Source: Gemmata obscuriglobus
GTDB taxonomy: Bacteria > Planctomycetota > Planctomycetia > Gemmatales > Gemmataceae
Assembly (NCBI RefSeq): GCF_008065095.1
Contig: NZ_CP042911.1
Span: 690,001 to 722,000 of the forward strand
Reading direction: 5' to 3'
DNA length: 32,000 bases
Shown here: positions 15,163-23,009 of the stretch, piece by piece
Layout: each line of letters begins with the position of its first letter
How positions within the stretch are numbered: the stretch's first letter is position 1
Made by a program: the position numbers and the translations under genes
The notes under the pieces: generated by a model
Seen by the model: the letters and a program-made list of their open reading frames with translations, nothing else
Told to the model about the DNA's origin: nothing
Database searches by the model: none

Positions 15163-16266
15163 ATGTTGCTGACCCGCTGGAAGCTGATGGCCGGCGTGCT
15201 GGGCGTGTCGATCGGCGGCCTGGCCGCGGCCGCGAGCCAGTGCCCGAAGCTGGACAAGACCAAGGGCCGCCAGCCCGAAGCGCCGGTCACCGCCGAGGCC
15301 CCGAAGCTGCCGCCGGCCGGCGCGCCGTCGGCGCCGAAGGTCAACGAGGCGCTGCCCCCCGAACTGCCGGCTCCGTCATCGCCGAAACTCCCCGAGTTGC
15401 CGCCCGCGCTGCCGGCGGCGTTCCCGGCGCCGGTCAGGTCTTTGCCGGCGGGCGCCCCGCCGGTCCCGGCGATTGAAAAGGCGGCGAAGCCGGAGGAGCC
15501 GAAGGCCGCCCCCGCGCTGCCGGCCCTGCCGCTCCCGGACGCGAAGCCCGCGCTGGAGCCGACCAAGACGACCACCCCGGCCCCGGCCGCGCCCCCGATG
15601 AACCCGCCGAAGCCGGTCGCCGAGGCGCCGAAAATCGCTCCGCTCACCGTCCCGTTGCCGGCGCCTGAGGCCACGGGCGGCATGGCCCCGAGTAAGCCCT
15701 TGGCAACCCCGCCGGTGATGCCGGCTTCCGGCACCGCGCAGCCGACCGGTTCGGTGCTCCCGCTGGGTACGGGGGCGCCGGCCCAACCGCCCGCGCTGAT
15801 CGAGAGCCCGAAGATCACGCCGACGCCGATCGAGCAAGAAAAGCCGACGCTGGACGTGCCGGCGAGCAAGCCGACCCCGGCACCGGCGGCTGGCGCCGTC
15901 AAGGTGGAGGCGATGAAGTACCGCATCGTGCTCCGCGTGGGTGAGGGCGAGCCGACGTTCGAGGTGAAGTCGGGCGACGACCTGGTGCTGAAGGTGGCGT
16001 GCGAGAAGGTGGACATCAAGTCGCCGGAGAAGGGCGTGGGCCTCTCGGCGGTGACCGCCCGGGGTAAGGTGCGGTTCGCCGGGTTCGGTGTCGAGGGCAC
16101 CTGCGAGGAGCTGTCGTTCATGGCCGGCACCGGCGAGGTCGCCATGAGCGGTGACGTGAAGGTGCAGATGAAGGACAAGCTCGGCCGCGTCGAGTCCGAG
16201 CTGACCACCGCGACCCTGAAGTACAAGATCGACGCCAACGCGGTCGGCGCGTCGATCAAGCCGTAA
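15163..16266 (+). CDS. membrane-anchored Pro/Ala-rich protein with a C-terminal beta-rich domain, hypothetical
   Basis: ATG follows AGAGGTG. An N-terminal TM/signal segment (WKLMAGVLGVSIGGLAAAAS) is followed by about 220 aa of P/A/K/L low-complexity sequence, then a normal-composition C-terminal domain (KYRIVLRVGEGEPTFEVKSGDDLVLKV...). G/C third positions favour this strand over the antisense ORF 14934..16310. Confidence 0.75.
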   Translation: MLLTRWKLMAGVLGVSIGGLAAAASQCPKLDKTKGRQPEAPVTAEAPKLPPAGAPSAPKVNEALPPELPAPSSPKLPELPPALPAAFPAPVRSLPAGAPPVPAIEKAAKPEEPKAAPALPALPLPDAKPALEPTKTTTPAPAAPPMNPPKPVAEAPKIAPLTVPLPAPEATGGMAPSKPLATPPVMPASGTAQPTGSVLPLGTGAPAQPPALIESPKITPTPIEQEKPTLDVPASKPTPAPAAGAVKVEAMKYRIVLRVGEGEPTFEVKSGDDLVLKVACEKVDIKSPEKGVGLSAVTARGKVRFAGFGVEGTCEELSFMAGTGEVAMSGDVKVQMKDKLGRVESELTTATLKYKIDANAVGASIKP

Positions 16267-16270
16267 GTGT

Positions 16271-16364
16271 AATTCGGAATGCGGAACGCGGAGTGCGGAA
16301 TGACAGCCAAGGCATCAAGTCCTTTTGGCTGTCATTCCGCACTCCGCGTTCCGCATTCCGAATT
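16271..16364. repeat. 94-nt perfect palindrome (40-bp arms, 14-nt loop) in a convergent spacer; likely bidirectional terminator or REP-like element
   Basis: AATTCGGAATGCGGAACGCGGAGTGCGGAATGACAGCCAA (16271-16310) is the exact reverse complement of 16325-16364. The arms contain about four tandem GCGGAAY heptads. Confidence 0.85.
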
Positions 16365-16373
16365 AAACCCTGT

Positions 16374-17603
16374 CTACTCCCGCACCAGTAGCCCCATCGC
16401 CTGGCGCAGCTTCACTTCCGTCGTGTGCCACTCGATCACGGCCGAAAGCCGTTCGCCCTTCGCCTTGAGCACCGCGAGTTTTGCGGCCGCGAGGTCGGCC
16501 GCCACGCTGAGCCCGGCCGCCTTGCGCTGCTCCAGTTCGCTGACGCGTGCCTCCGCGGCCCGGACATCGAGCGCGCGGGCCGCGACCGCGGCCCGGTACC
16601 CACGCAGGCTCACTGCGGCGGCCCGGATCTCGGCCTCGGCCTGACGGGTCCGGGCCGCCAGCGCGCTGGCCGCGCGGCCGGTCGCAGCCTCCGTCTGACG
16701 CTCCGGTTCCTTGAGGCACGCTAGGAGCAGCAGCGCGAGCGGGCTGTCCGGCTTGAGCTTCGCCAGGAGCGGGTTCAGCCCCGTCAGCACCGCGTCCGTC
16801 AGGTCCGCCGCACCGCCGTCCGCGAGCACCCGCAGCGCGTTCAGGTCCGGCCGGTAGACCAACCCGGTGGCAACCGCCGCCGGTACATCGATGTCATCGG
16901 GACGAACCGCGAGCGGGTCGACCGGCCAGAGCGGCAGCGGATCGCCCGCCTCCAAACCGAGACGGGCGCGGAGGCTGGCGTTCAGCGCCCCGATGCCGGC
17001 TTCGAGTTTCGCCTGCTGCGCCTCGATGTCGAGCAACTGGCGCCGCAGCGCCGGGGTGTCGGCGCGGTCCTTCAATCCCGCCTGTTCGGCCCGCTCCGCT
17101 TCGCCGAGTTGGGCCTTGAGTTCGGCCGCGGCGGCGGCCAGCAGATCGAACTGCCCTTCGGCCCCGGCCAGTTTAAAGAACTCGTCGAGGGCCTCGCCCG
17201 CGGCCCGGTTGCGCAGCTCGTCGGCGGCGTGGCCGCGCACGAGGCGGCTTGCCGCGGCGAACCGTGCTGCTTTCCTGTTCAGCTTCTCGTGGTTCGGCCC
17301 TTGGTTGTCTTCGTGCCGGTCGAGGTCCGCCGCGAACGGGGCGTTGGCGCGTGCGAGCCTGCGCGTGTCGGGGGCGGTGAGGCGCCGCCCCTTGTCCGGG
17401 CGGACGAGTGGCACCGCTTCGGCCGTTACACCCGACAGGTCGGGCTCGAAATTGGGCCGGCTCGCGACCGGGAGTTGTGCCGGCCCCGGCGCCGGGCACA
17501 ACGAAGACGACGGCCGCGCGTGGCACCCCGCGAGCGCCAGCAGCGCGTAACCGGCGAACCACAGCACGCGACGGCGTCGCGCGTTCGTCGTGGGGAGTGG
17601 CAC
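16374..17603 (-). CDS. lipoprotein, TolC/outer-membrane-efflux-protein-like (coiled-coil rich)
   Basis: GTG start at 17603. Signal peptide with lipobox LLALAGC. The Ala/Leu/Arg-rich helical repeats (...LRRQLLDIEAQQAKLEAGIGALNASL...; ...AEARVSELEQRKAAGLSVAADLAAAKLAVLKAKGERL) resemble OEP-family repeats. The assignment is by pattern only. Confidence 0.55.
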   Translation of the reverse strand: MPLPTTNARRRRVLWFAGYALLALAGCHARPSSSLCPAPGPAQLPVASRPNFEPDLSGVTAEAVPLVRPDKGRRLTAPDTRRLARANAPFAADLDRHEDNQGPNHEKLNRKAARFAAASRLVRGHAADELRNRAAGEALDEFFKLAGAEGQFDLLAAAAAELKAQLGEAERAEQAGLKDRADTPALRRQLLDIEAQQAKLEAGIGALNASLRARLGLEAGDPLPLWPVDPLAVRPDDIDVPAAVATGLVYRPDLNALRVLADGGAADLTDAVLTGLNPLLAKLKPDSPLALLLLACLKEPERQTEAATGRAASALAARTRQAEAEIRAAAVSLRGYRAAVAARALDVRAAEARVSELEQRKAAGLSVAADLAAAKLAVLKAKGERLSAVIEWHTTEVKLRQAMGLLVRE

Positions 17604-17780
17604 GAACTCATAATCGGCACAACCGGCGCCAGCACTTCATACGAAGAACGGGTTGTGCCGTTGCGCCGGATCAGGGGAGCTGGGGTGCGTTTAGCGAATG
17701 TGTCAATTTGGTGCAGTTACGCGATCGTTCTGCTGTATACTGGTTCTGGTTGATGTCAGGGACCGACACAGGAGCCCGCG

Positions 17781-18194
17781 ATGAGCGCACGCCTGGCCCC
17801 GCCCGTTTCACGCCGCGTACTGGTGGTTGAAGACCTGCCCGACAGCCGCACGTCTCTTCAAGATCTGCTTCAGGTCGCGCTGGGCGTCGAAGTCGATACC
17901 GCCCCGGACGGCGTGCGCGGGCTCGAACTGCTCGCCGAGCGCGAGTACGCGCTGGTCATCACCGATCTACGGATGCCGAAGGCGAGCGGGATGCGGGTGC
18001 TGCGCGAAGTGCAGGACCGCGGGCTCGGGTGCCAGGTGGTGGTGGTCACCGGGCACGGGTCGGTGCGCGAAGCGGTCGAGGCCATGAGGCTCGGCGCGTA
18101 CGACTTCCTCCAAAAGCCGGTTGATCCGGAGAAGCTGATCCTGCTCGTGGACCGCGTGTTGCGGGAACGCGCCCCGCTCGCCTCGGCCGGATAG
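17781..18194 (+). CDS. single-domain response regulator (CheY-like receiver)
   Basis: 137 aa. Contains VLVVEDLPD, the phospho-acceptor context LVITDLRMPKASG, VVVTGHG and DFLQKP. No output domain is present and no kinase gene is adjacent. Confidence 0.9.
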   Translation: MSARLAPPVSRRVLVVEDLPDSRTSLQDLLQVALGVEVDTAPDGVRGLELLAEREYALVITDLRMPKASGMRVLREVQDRGLGCQVVVVTGHGSVREAVEAMRLGAYDFLQKPVDPEKLILLVDRVLRERAPLASAG

Positions 18195-18501
18195 CACGCG
18201 GAGCCCCAGGTTTCTTGGACCCGCCTCGTTCAGCTCACGTTCCGGCCGATCGCAGCATCATTTGCACAGCCCACCGCGAACGGCTTCGGCACCTGCGGGC
18301 TTCCGCGTTCCGGAGCCGGCCGACCTACTCACATCATCCTGGTGGCGGTGGCCGGGTTCCCTGTGGTATCGTTGCCTCAGGGAACGGCGCCGGTATGAAA
18401 TCCTGACTCCTGTCGAGTGTGGCTGTCGGCCATACCCGCGCCGAACGCCGCCCCGTCCCTGCCGCGCCCAGAGTCAACAATCTCCCGCCCCCGAGGTCAC
18501 C

Positions 18502-19755
18502 ATGTCCCGCGTTCCCGTAGCGCTTCTTCTCGTCGCGTTCGCGTTCGTCGAGAGTCCCACCCGCGCCGACGACTGGCCCCTGTTTCGCGGTCCCGACCGA
18601 ACCGGCGTATCGAAGGACAAGGGGTTACTGAAAGAGTGGCCCGGCGACGGCCCGCCGCTGGCGTGGAAGACGGAAGGCATCGGGATCGGGTTTTCCAGCG
18701 TGTCGGTGAGCGGCGACCGCGTGTTCACGATGGGCGACGGGAAGGACAGCAGCTTCCTGTTCGGGATCGACCGCAAGACCGGCAAGAAAGTGTGGGAGCG
18801 GAAGGTCGGCAAGACCGGCGGCAACTACCAGGGGCCGCGCTGCACCCCCGCGACCGACGGAACACTGGTGTTCGCGCTGGGGCAGTTCGGCGACCTCGTG
18901 TGCGCCGGCGCGAAGGACGGGAAAGAGGTGTGGCGCAAGAACCTGCCGAAAGACTTCGGCGGGCAGGCCGGCGGGTGGAACTTCACCGAATCGCCGCTGC
19001 TCGACGGCAACAGCCTGATCGTAACGCCCGGCGGGGCCAAGGCGGCGATGGTGGCGCTCGACAAGAAGACCGGCAAACCGTTATGGACCGGCGCCGTCGA
19101 GGGCGGGGACGCCGCCGGCTACTCGTCGGTAGTGATCGGCACCTTCGGCGGGGTGAAACAGTACATCCAACTGATGGCGAACGGGCTCGTGTCGTTCGAC
19201 GCGAAAACCGGCAAACTGTTGTGGCGGTACGGTACCGCGAGCAGCCGGTTCGGGGGGAACACCGCCAACATCCCGACCCCGATCGTCACGAGCGAGTACG
19301 TGTTCGCGTCGGCGGGGTACGGCCGGGGCGCGGCGCTGCTGAAGGTGAGCGGCACGGGCGGAAAGTTCGCGGTCGAAGAGGTTTATTGGGCCAACCAGCT
19401 CACGAACAAACACGGCGGTGTGATCCTGGTGGGCGACAAGCTGTTCGGCGACCGCGACGACAGCGGCACCCCGTTCTGCGCGGACTTGAAAACCGGAAAG
19501 GTGCTCTGGACCCGCAAGGGCGGCGAGGGGCGCGGGTCGGCGTCGCTGACCTACGCGGACGGCAAGCTCTACATTCGGTACTCGGACGGCTGGGTGGTGC
19601 TGGCGGACGCGACCGCCGACAAGTACACCGAGATCAGCGCGTTCAAGGTGCCGAACGGCAAGAACGACACCTGGGCGCACCCGGTGGTCGTGGACGGCAA
19701 GTTCTACGTCCGCGAGCGCGACGTGCTGTGGTGCTACGACGTGGCCGCCAAGTGA
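18502..19755 (+). CDS. secreted PQQ-like beta-propeller repeat protein
   Basis: ATG at 18502 follows GAGGT. Signal peptide MSRVPVALLLVAFAFVESPTRA is followed by DDWPLFRGPDRTGVS and repeated propeller blades (G.V..LD.KTGK.LW). The upstream part of track ORF 18262.. is not protein-like. Confidence 0.85.
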   Translation: MSRVPVALLLVAFAFVESPTRADDWPLFRGPDRTGVSKDKGLLKEWPGDGPPLAWKTEGIGIGFSSVSVSGDRVFTMGDGKDSSFLFGIDRKTGKKVWERKVGKTGGNYQGPRCTPATDGTLVFALGQFGDLVCAGAKDGKEVWRKNLPKDFGGQAGGWNFTESPLLDGNSLIVTPGGAKAAMVALDKKTGKPLWTGAVEGGDAAGYSSVVIGTFGGVKQYIQLMANGLVSFDAKTGKLLWRYGTASSRFGGNTANIPTPIVTSEYVFASAGYGRGAALLKVSGTGGKFAVEEVYWANQLTNKHGGVILVGDKLFGDRDDSGTPFCADLKTGKVLWTRKGGEGRGSASLTYADGKLYIRYSDGWVVLADATADKYTEISAFKVPNGKNDTWAHPVVVDGKFYVRERDVLWCYDVAAK

Positions 19756-19908
19756 GGGCGGGGGCTCGAATCGGTCGCCCGCCGATTTGTGCCGCGTAAC
19801 GTGTACCGAATCAGCTCGAGTGGTGCCGGCGCCACCCCGTTGCTTGCCGAACGCCACCCGCGCCCCGAACCGATCAAAGGCCCCGACGACACCACCGCGG
19901 AGAGATCC

Positions 19909-20739
19909 ATGACCCGGTTGTTCGCTTCTGCTGCTCTGCTGGCCGCCCTGCTCTCGGCCGCGCTCACCGCACCGTCCTCGCGCGCGGCCGGGCAGGAGCC
20001 GAAGGACAAGTCGATCAAGATCCGGTGGCTCGGGCAGTCGTTCTTCCAGATCGAGTCGGCCGAGGGGCGCCTGATCGCGATCGACCCGCACGGCATCCCG
20101 GCGTTCGGCCGCCCCATCATCCCCGCCGAGTTCGTCCTCGTCAGCCACTCGCACGAGGACCACGCGCTCGTCGAGTTCGTTGAGGCCCAGAAGAAGGACA
20201 CGAAGCTCAAGGAGGCCGACATCTACCGCGGGGTCGTCGAGACGAAACCCGGGAAGCAGGAGTGGAAGACGTACGACGAGAAGCGCGGCAGCATCCGCGT
20301 GCGCAACGTCGCGACCTACCACGACACCGTCAACGGGATGCAGCGCGGCAAGAACAGCATCTGGATCATCGAGATGAACGGCCTGGTGCTGTGCCACCTG
20401 GGCGACCTGGGCCACGAGCTGACCGCGGAGCAGGTGAAGGCGATCGGCAAGGTGGACGTGCTGATGGTTCCGGTCGGCGGCATCTACACCATCAACGGCG
20501 AGCAGGCGCAGAAGGTGACGGAGCAGATCAAGCCGCGGCTGTACGCGCTGCCGATGCACTACGGCGTGCCCGGGTACGAGGACCTCGCCGGCCCCGACGA
20601 GTTCCTTGATGGGGTGAAGAAGGAGCGCGTCACCAAGACGCCGGACACCAACGAACTCGTCATCCCGATCGACGCCAAGGCCGAGGAGTACCAGATCGTG
20701 CTGCTCGGCTGGCGCAAGGGCGAAGCGAAGAAGAAGTGA
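19909..20739 (+). CDS. secreted MBL-fold metallo-hydrolase
   Basis: ATG at 19909 follows GGAGAG. A signal peptide is present. The metal-binding motif HxHxDH occurs as VLVSHSHEDHA, with LCHLGDLGH and a later conserved His (ALPMHYG). Confidence 0.85.
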   Translation: MTRLFASAALLAALLSAALTAPSSRAAGQEPKDKSIKIRWLGQSFFQIESAEGRLIAIDPHGIPAFGRPIIPAEFVLVSHSHEDHALVEFVEAQKKDTKLKEADIYRGVVETKPGKQEWKTYDEKRGSIRVRNVATYHDTVNGMQRGKNSIWIIEMNGLVLCHLGDLGHELTAEQVKAIGKVDVLMVPVGGIYTINGEQAQKVTEQIKPRLYALPMHYGVPGYEDLAGPDEFLDGVKKERVTKTPDTNELVIPIDAKAEEYQIVLLGWRKGEAKKK

Positions 20740-20882
20740 CGCCGGCCGAAGTAATTGTGGGCGCCGGGGCACCAGGAGAGCCGCGCAACGCCCGTGTAAC
20801 GCGGCAATCCTTTCCGCCGCCTGCCGCGTCTTGGGGACGGTAGTATGAGGTTCGCCCGCCCCCACGCGCGGAGGTAGTTCCC

Positions 20883-21830
20883 ATGCGTCGGTCTCTGCTT
20901 GCGCTCGCTGCGGTCGCGCTCGTCGCGGCCCCCGGCGGCGCCGCCGAAACCTGCGGCCACGGCACGAGGCTCGATTTCGTCGACAGCCCCAAGGAAGCGG
21001 CCGCCGTCGCCAAGAAAGAACAGAAGCTCGTCCTTGTGCTGCACGTGTCCGGCCACTTCGAAGACCCGGGCCTGACCTGAAACAACGCCGAAGCGCTCCG
21101 TGCGGGCGCCCTGAACAACGCGGCGGTCGGTGCGTTCGTGAACGAGTACTTCGTGTCGTCGTACCAGAAGGTCGCGACCTTCAAAATCGTGGGCGGGCAG
21201 AAGCAGGGCGGGAACGTGGCCGCGTACTTCTGCGCCCCGGACGGCCGTGTGCTGCACTGCGTCGCCGGCCCGGTGGACGCCCAAACCTTCCTCCGCGAAG
21301 CGAAATGGGTCGTGGAGACCACCAAGACTTGCATGCGGGACGCGAAGAACGACGGGGCCACGTTCAAGGAGCTGTTCCGCAAGGCGCATGCGGAGAAGTT
21401 GCGCCGGGAGTTCGGCATCGTGGTCGAAGCGGTCGCCTACGACCCGCCGGACCCGATGGACGAGAAGGACGCGCTGACCTACCGCGACCCGACCGGGCGC
21501 CCGCTCGCGCCGAAGCTCCCGCCGCCGCCGATCGACGGCCCCGATGTCACCCTCGGTGCCAAGAAGTTCGAGCAGATGCAGAAGGACGCGGCGGGCGCGC
21601 CGGGCAACCGCGTGGTCGCGTGCGGTAAGGGGGGCCGCGTGGTGGTCACGAACCAGGGCCTCGTTCACCAGATCATGGCCGCGCACGCAATGATCCCCAT
21701 CGAGCGCGTGTACGGAACGGTGTTCGAGAACATCCTGGGCGAAAAGATCTCCACGAAACCGGTGGACGTGGTCCGGCCGTTCACGTGGGTCGATAAGGAC
21801 GGGAACCGCTTGCGCCCGGGTGCCCCGTAA
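20883..21830 (+). CDS. secreted thioredoxin-fold protein interrupted by one in-frame TGA (21078-21080): candidate selenoprotein, or alternatively a pseudogene
   Basis: Track ORFs 20883..21080 and 21138..21830 share a frame, and TGA is the only stop between them. The first piece holds only the signal peptide plus ...KEAAAVAKKEQKLVLVLHVSGHFEDPGLT. Reading continues NNAEALRAGALNNAAVGAFVNEYFVSSYQKV...AAYFCAPDGRVLHCVAG. The second piece has no SD or ATG of its own. GGAGG precedes the ATG at 20883. Confidence 0.6.
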
Positions 21831-21845
21831 CGCGTTATCGCCACT

Positions 21846-21895
21846 CCGAACGACGCGCCCCCGCGGTCAACGTGCCGCGGGGGCGCGTCGTTCGG
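21846..21895 (+). terminator. strong hairpin (perfect 21-bp stem, 8-nt loop) after 20883..21830
   Basis: CCGAACGACGCGCCCCCGCGG (21846-21866) is the exact reverse complement of 21875-21895. It is followed by CCTTTGCC, a weak U-tract. Confidence 0.6.
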
Positions 21896-22010
21896 CCTTT
21901 GCCGGTTGCACGTGTCGGGAAATTACGGTTACGTTCACCGGACCTGCGAACGGGTACAAGTTCCGCATCTCCCCGAGATTATGTTGGGAACGCCACCCGG
22001 AGCCCGAGCC

Positions 22011-22679
22011 ATGTTCGCTTGCTTCGCCGCCCTCTCCTTGATCGGAACCGTGCCGGCCGCCGAGTGCGCGCCGGGCTCACGGTACTATTTCGTTCTGTTC
22101 GGGGGGCAGTCGGTTCCGTTCAAACCGCGCACCGCGCACACCTGGGCGACGTTCGTGAAAACCACGCCGACCGCTGACGGCCGGACGGCGGTGGAGCAGG
22201 TCACAATCAGTTGGCTGCCCGCCTCCGGCCCGGTGCAACCGCTGCGCATACGCCCCGTTGAGGGGAGGAACTACACGCTCGACGAGACGTTCGCGAAGAT
22301 GGCGGCCAACAACGCCCAGGTGTCGGTGTGGGGGCCGTTCGAGACCGACGCGCAGCGGTACGAACTCGCCGCGCGCCAGGCGAACACGCTCAACAGCGGC
22401 GCCGTGACGTTCCGGAGCGTCGATTCCTTCCGCGGCAACCGGGCGGTGCAGAACTGCGTCCACGCGGTCACTTATGCGGACCCGAAACTGCAATCGCTCC
22501 GCCAGCCGGTGATCCGCGTCGGCGAACCCGGTACGAGTCGCCTCGCGGCGAAGTACGTGGACGGCGGCGCCGTCGCCGGGCCGCAAACGCACCCCGAGGT
22601 GCTGGCCTTGATCGGCGCGGACCGCTACCCGACGATTTCGCGTGCCGCAGGCGAGCGCCTCCGGCGCCAGTGGCGCTGA
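22011..22679 (+). CDS. hypothetical secreted protein
   Basis: ATG at 22011 lies about 10 nt after GGAG, with an alternative ATG at 21981. Signal-like N-terminus MFACFAALSLIGTVPAAEC. Normal composition with G/C third positions. No family recognised. Confidence 0.7.
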   Translation: MFACFAALSLIGTVPAAECAPGSRYYFVLFGGQSVPFKPRTAHTWATFVKTTPTADGRTAVEQVTISWLPASGPVQPLRIRPVEGRNYTLDETFAKMAANNAQVSVWGPFETDAQRYELAARQANTLNSGAVTFRSVDSFRGNRAVQNCVHAVTYADPKLQSLRQPVIRVGEPGTSRLAAKYVDGGAVAGPQTHPEVLALIGADRYPTISRAAGERLRRQWR

Positions 22680-22684
22680 CCAGA

Positions 22685-22944
22685 AGCATTTTTGACGGGG
22701 TCAACGGGAGAGACAGGATTTGAAGAAATGCGGTGCGACCTCTGGTCTTTCAAATTCCAGTAATTTCGAGTTGTTGGTTGTGCGCCACCCGCCTGCTGAC
22801 GCAGGCGGTTCGACCGTGGCTTGTCGAACCGCCTGCGTCAGCAGGCGGGTGTAAGGTGGGCGTGTTCGGGTCCTGTGAGTGATCTCGTCACGGCTGTCGC
22901 TAACTTGAAACGACTGAGATCCCGTTGATCCTGTCAAAAATGCT
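22685..22944. mobile_element. MITE-like non-coding element: 25-nt terminal inverted repeats (23/25) flanking a core 29-bp-arm perfect hairpin
   Basis: AGCATTTTTGACGGGGTCAACGGGA (22685-22709) matches the reverse complement of 22920-22944 (AGCATTTTTGACAGGATCAACGGGA). The core CACCCGCCTGCTGACGCAGGCGGTTCGAC (22786-22814) is the exact reverse complement of 22823-22851. By eye the element has lower G+C than its flanks. It fills the spacer between two + strand genes, and the only ORF inside (22701..22937, minus) is not protein-like. Confidence 0.4.
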
Positions 22945-23009
22945 GCTTCGGATCGGTATGCGAAGCCGGTATGCTGGCGGGAAGGGTCACCACCAACTCA
23001 CGGTGCCGC

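Noticed and set aside
16279-16365. Repeated GCGGAA units, considered as a CRISPR-like or tandem-repeat array.
   Set aside because: The units are 7 nt with no spacers and lie inside a perfect palindrome. There are no cas genes and no repeat-spacer periodicity.
17615-17660. 10-bp inverted repeat CGGCACAACC...GGTTGTGCCG in the divergent spacer between the TolC-like gene and the response regulator, plus a TATACT -10-like hexamer at 17736-17741.
   Set aside because: There is no convincing -35 at proper spacing and the repeat has a 26-nt spacer. It is plausible as a leader structure or operator, but I cannot support a specific call.
18380-18391. GGGAACGGCGCC upstream of the first PQQ-like gene matches 28365..28376 (GGGAACGGCACC) upstream of the operon holding the second paralog, at a similar distance (about 120-135 nt) from the first start codon. 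I considered it as a shared ECF-type -35 element.
   Set aside because: An 11/12 match of a GC-rich 12-mer is not clearly beyond chance. No matching -10 (CGTC-like) element sits at the right spacing in either copy.
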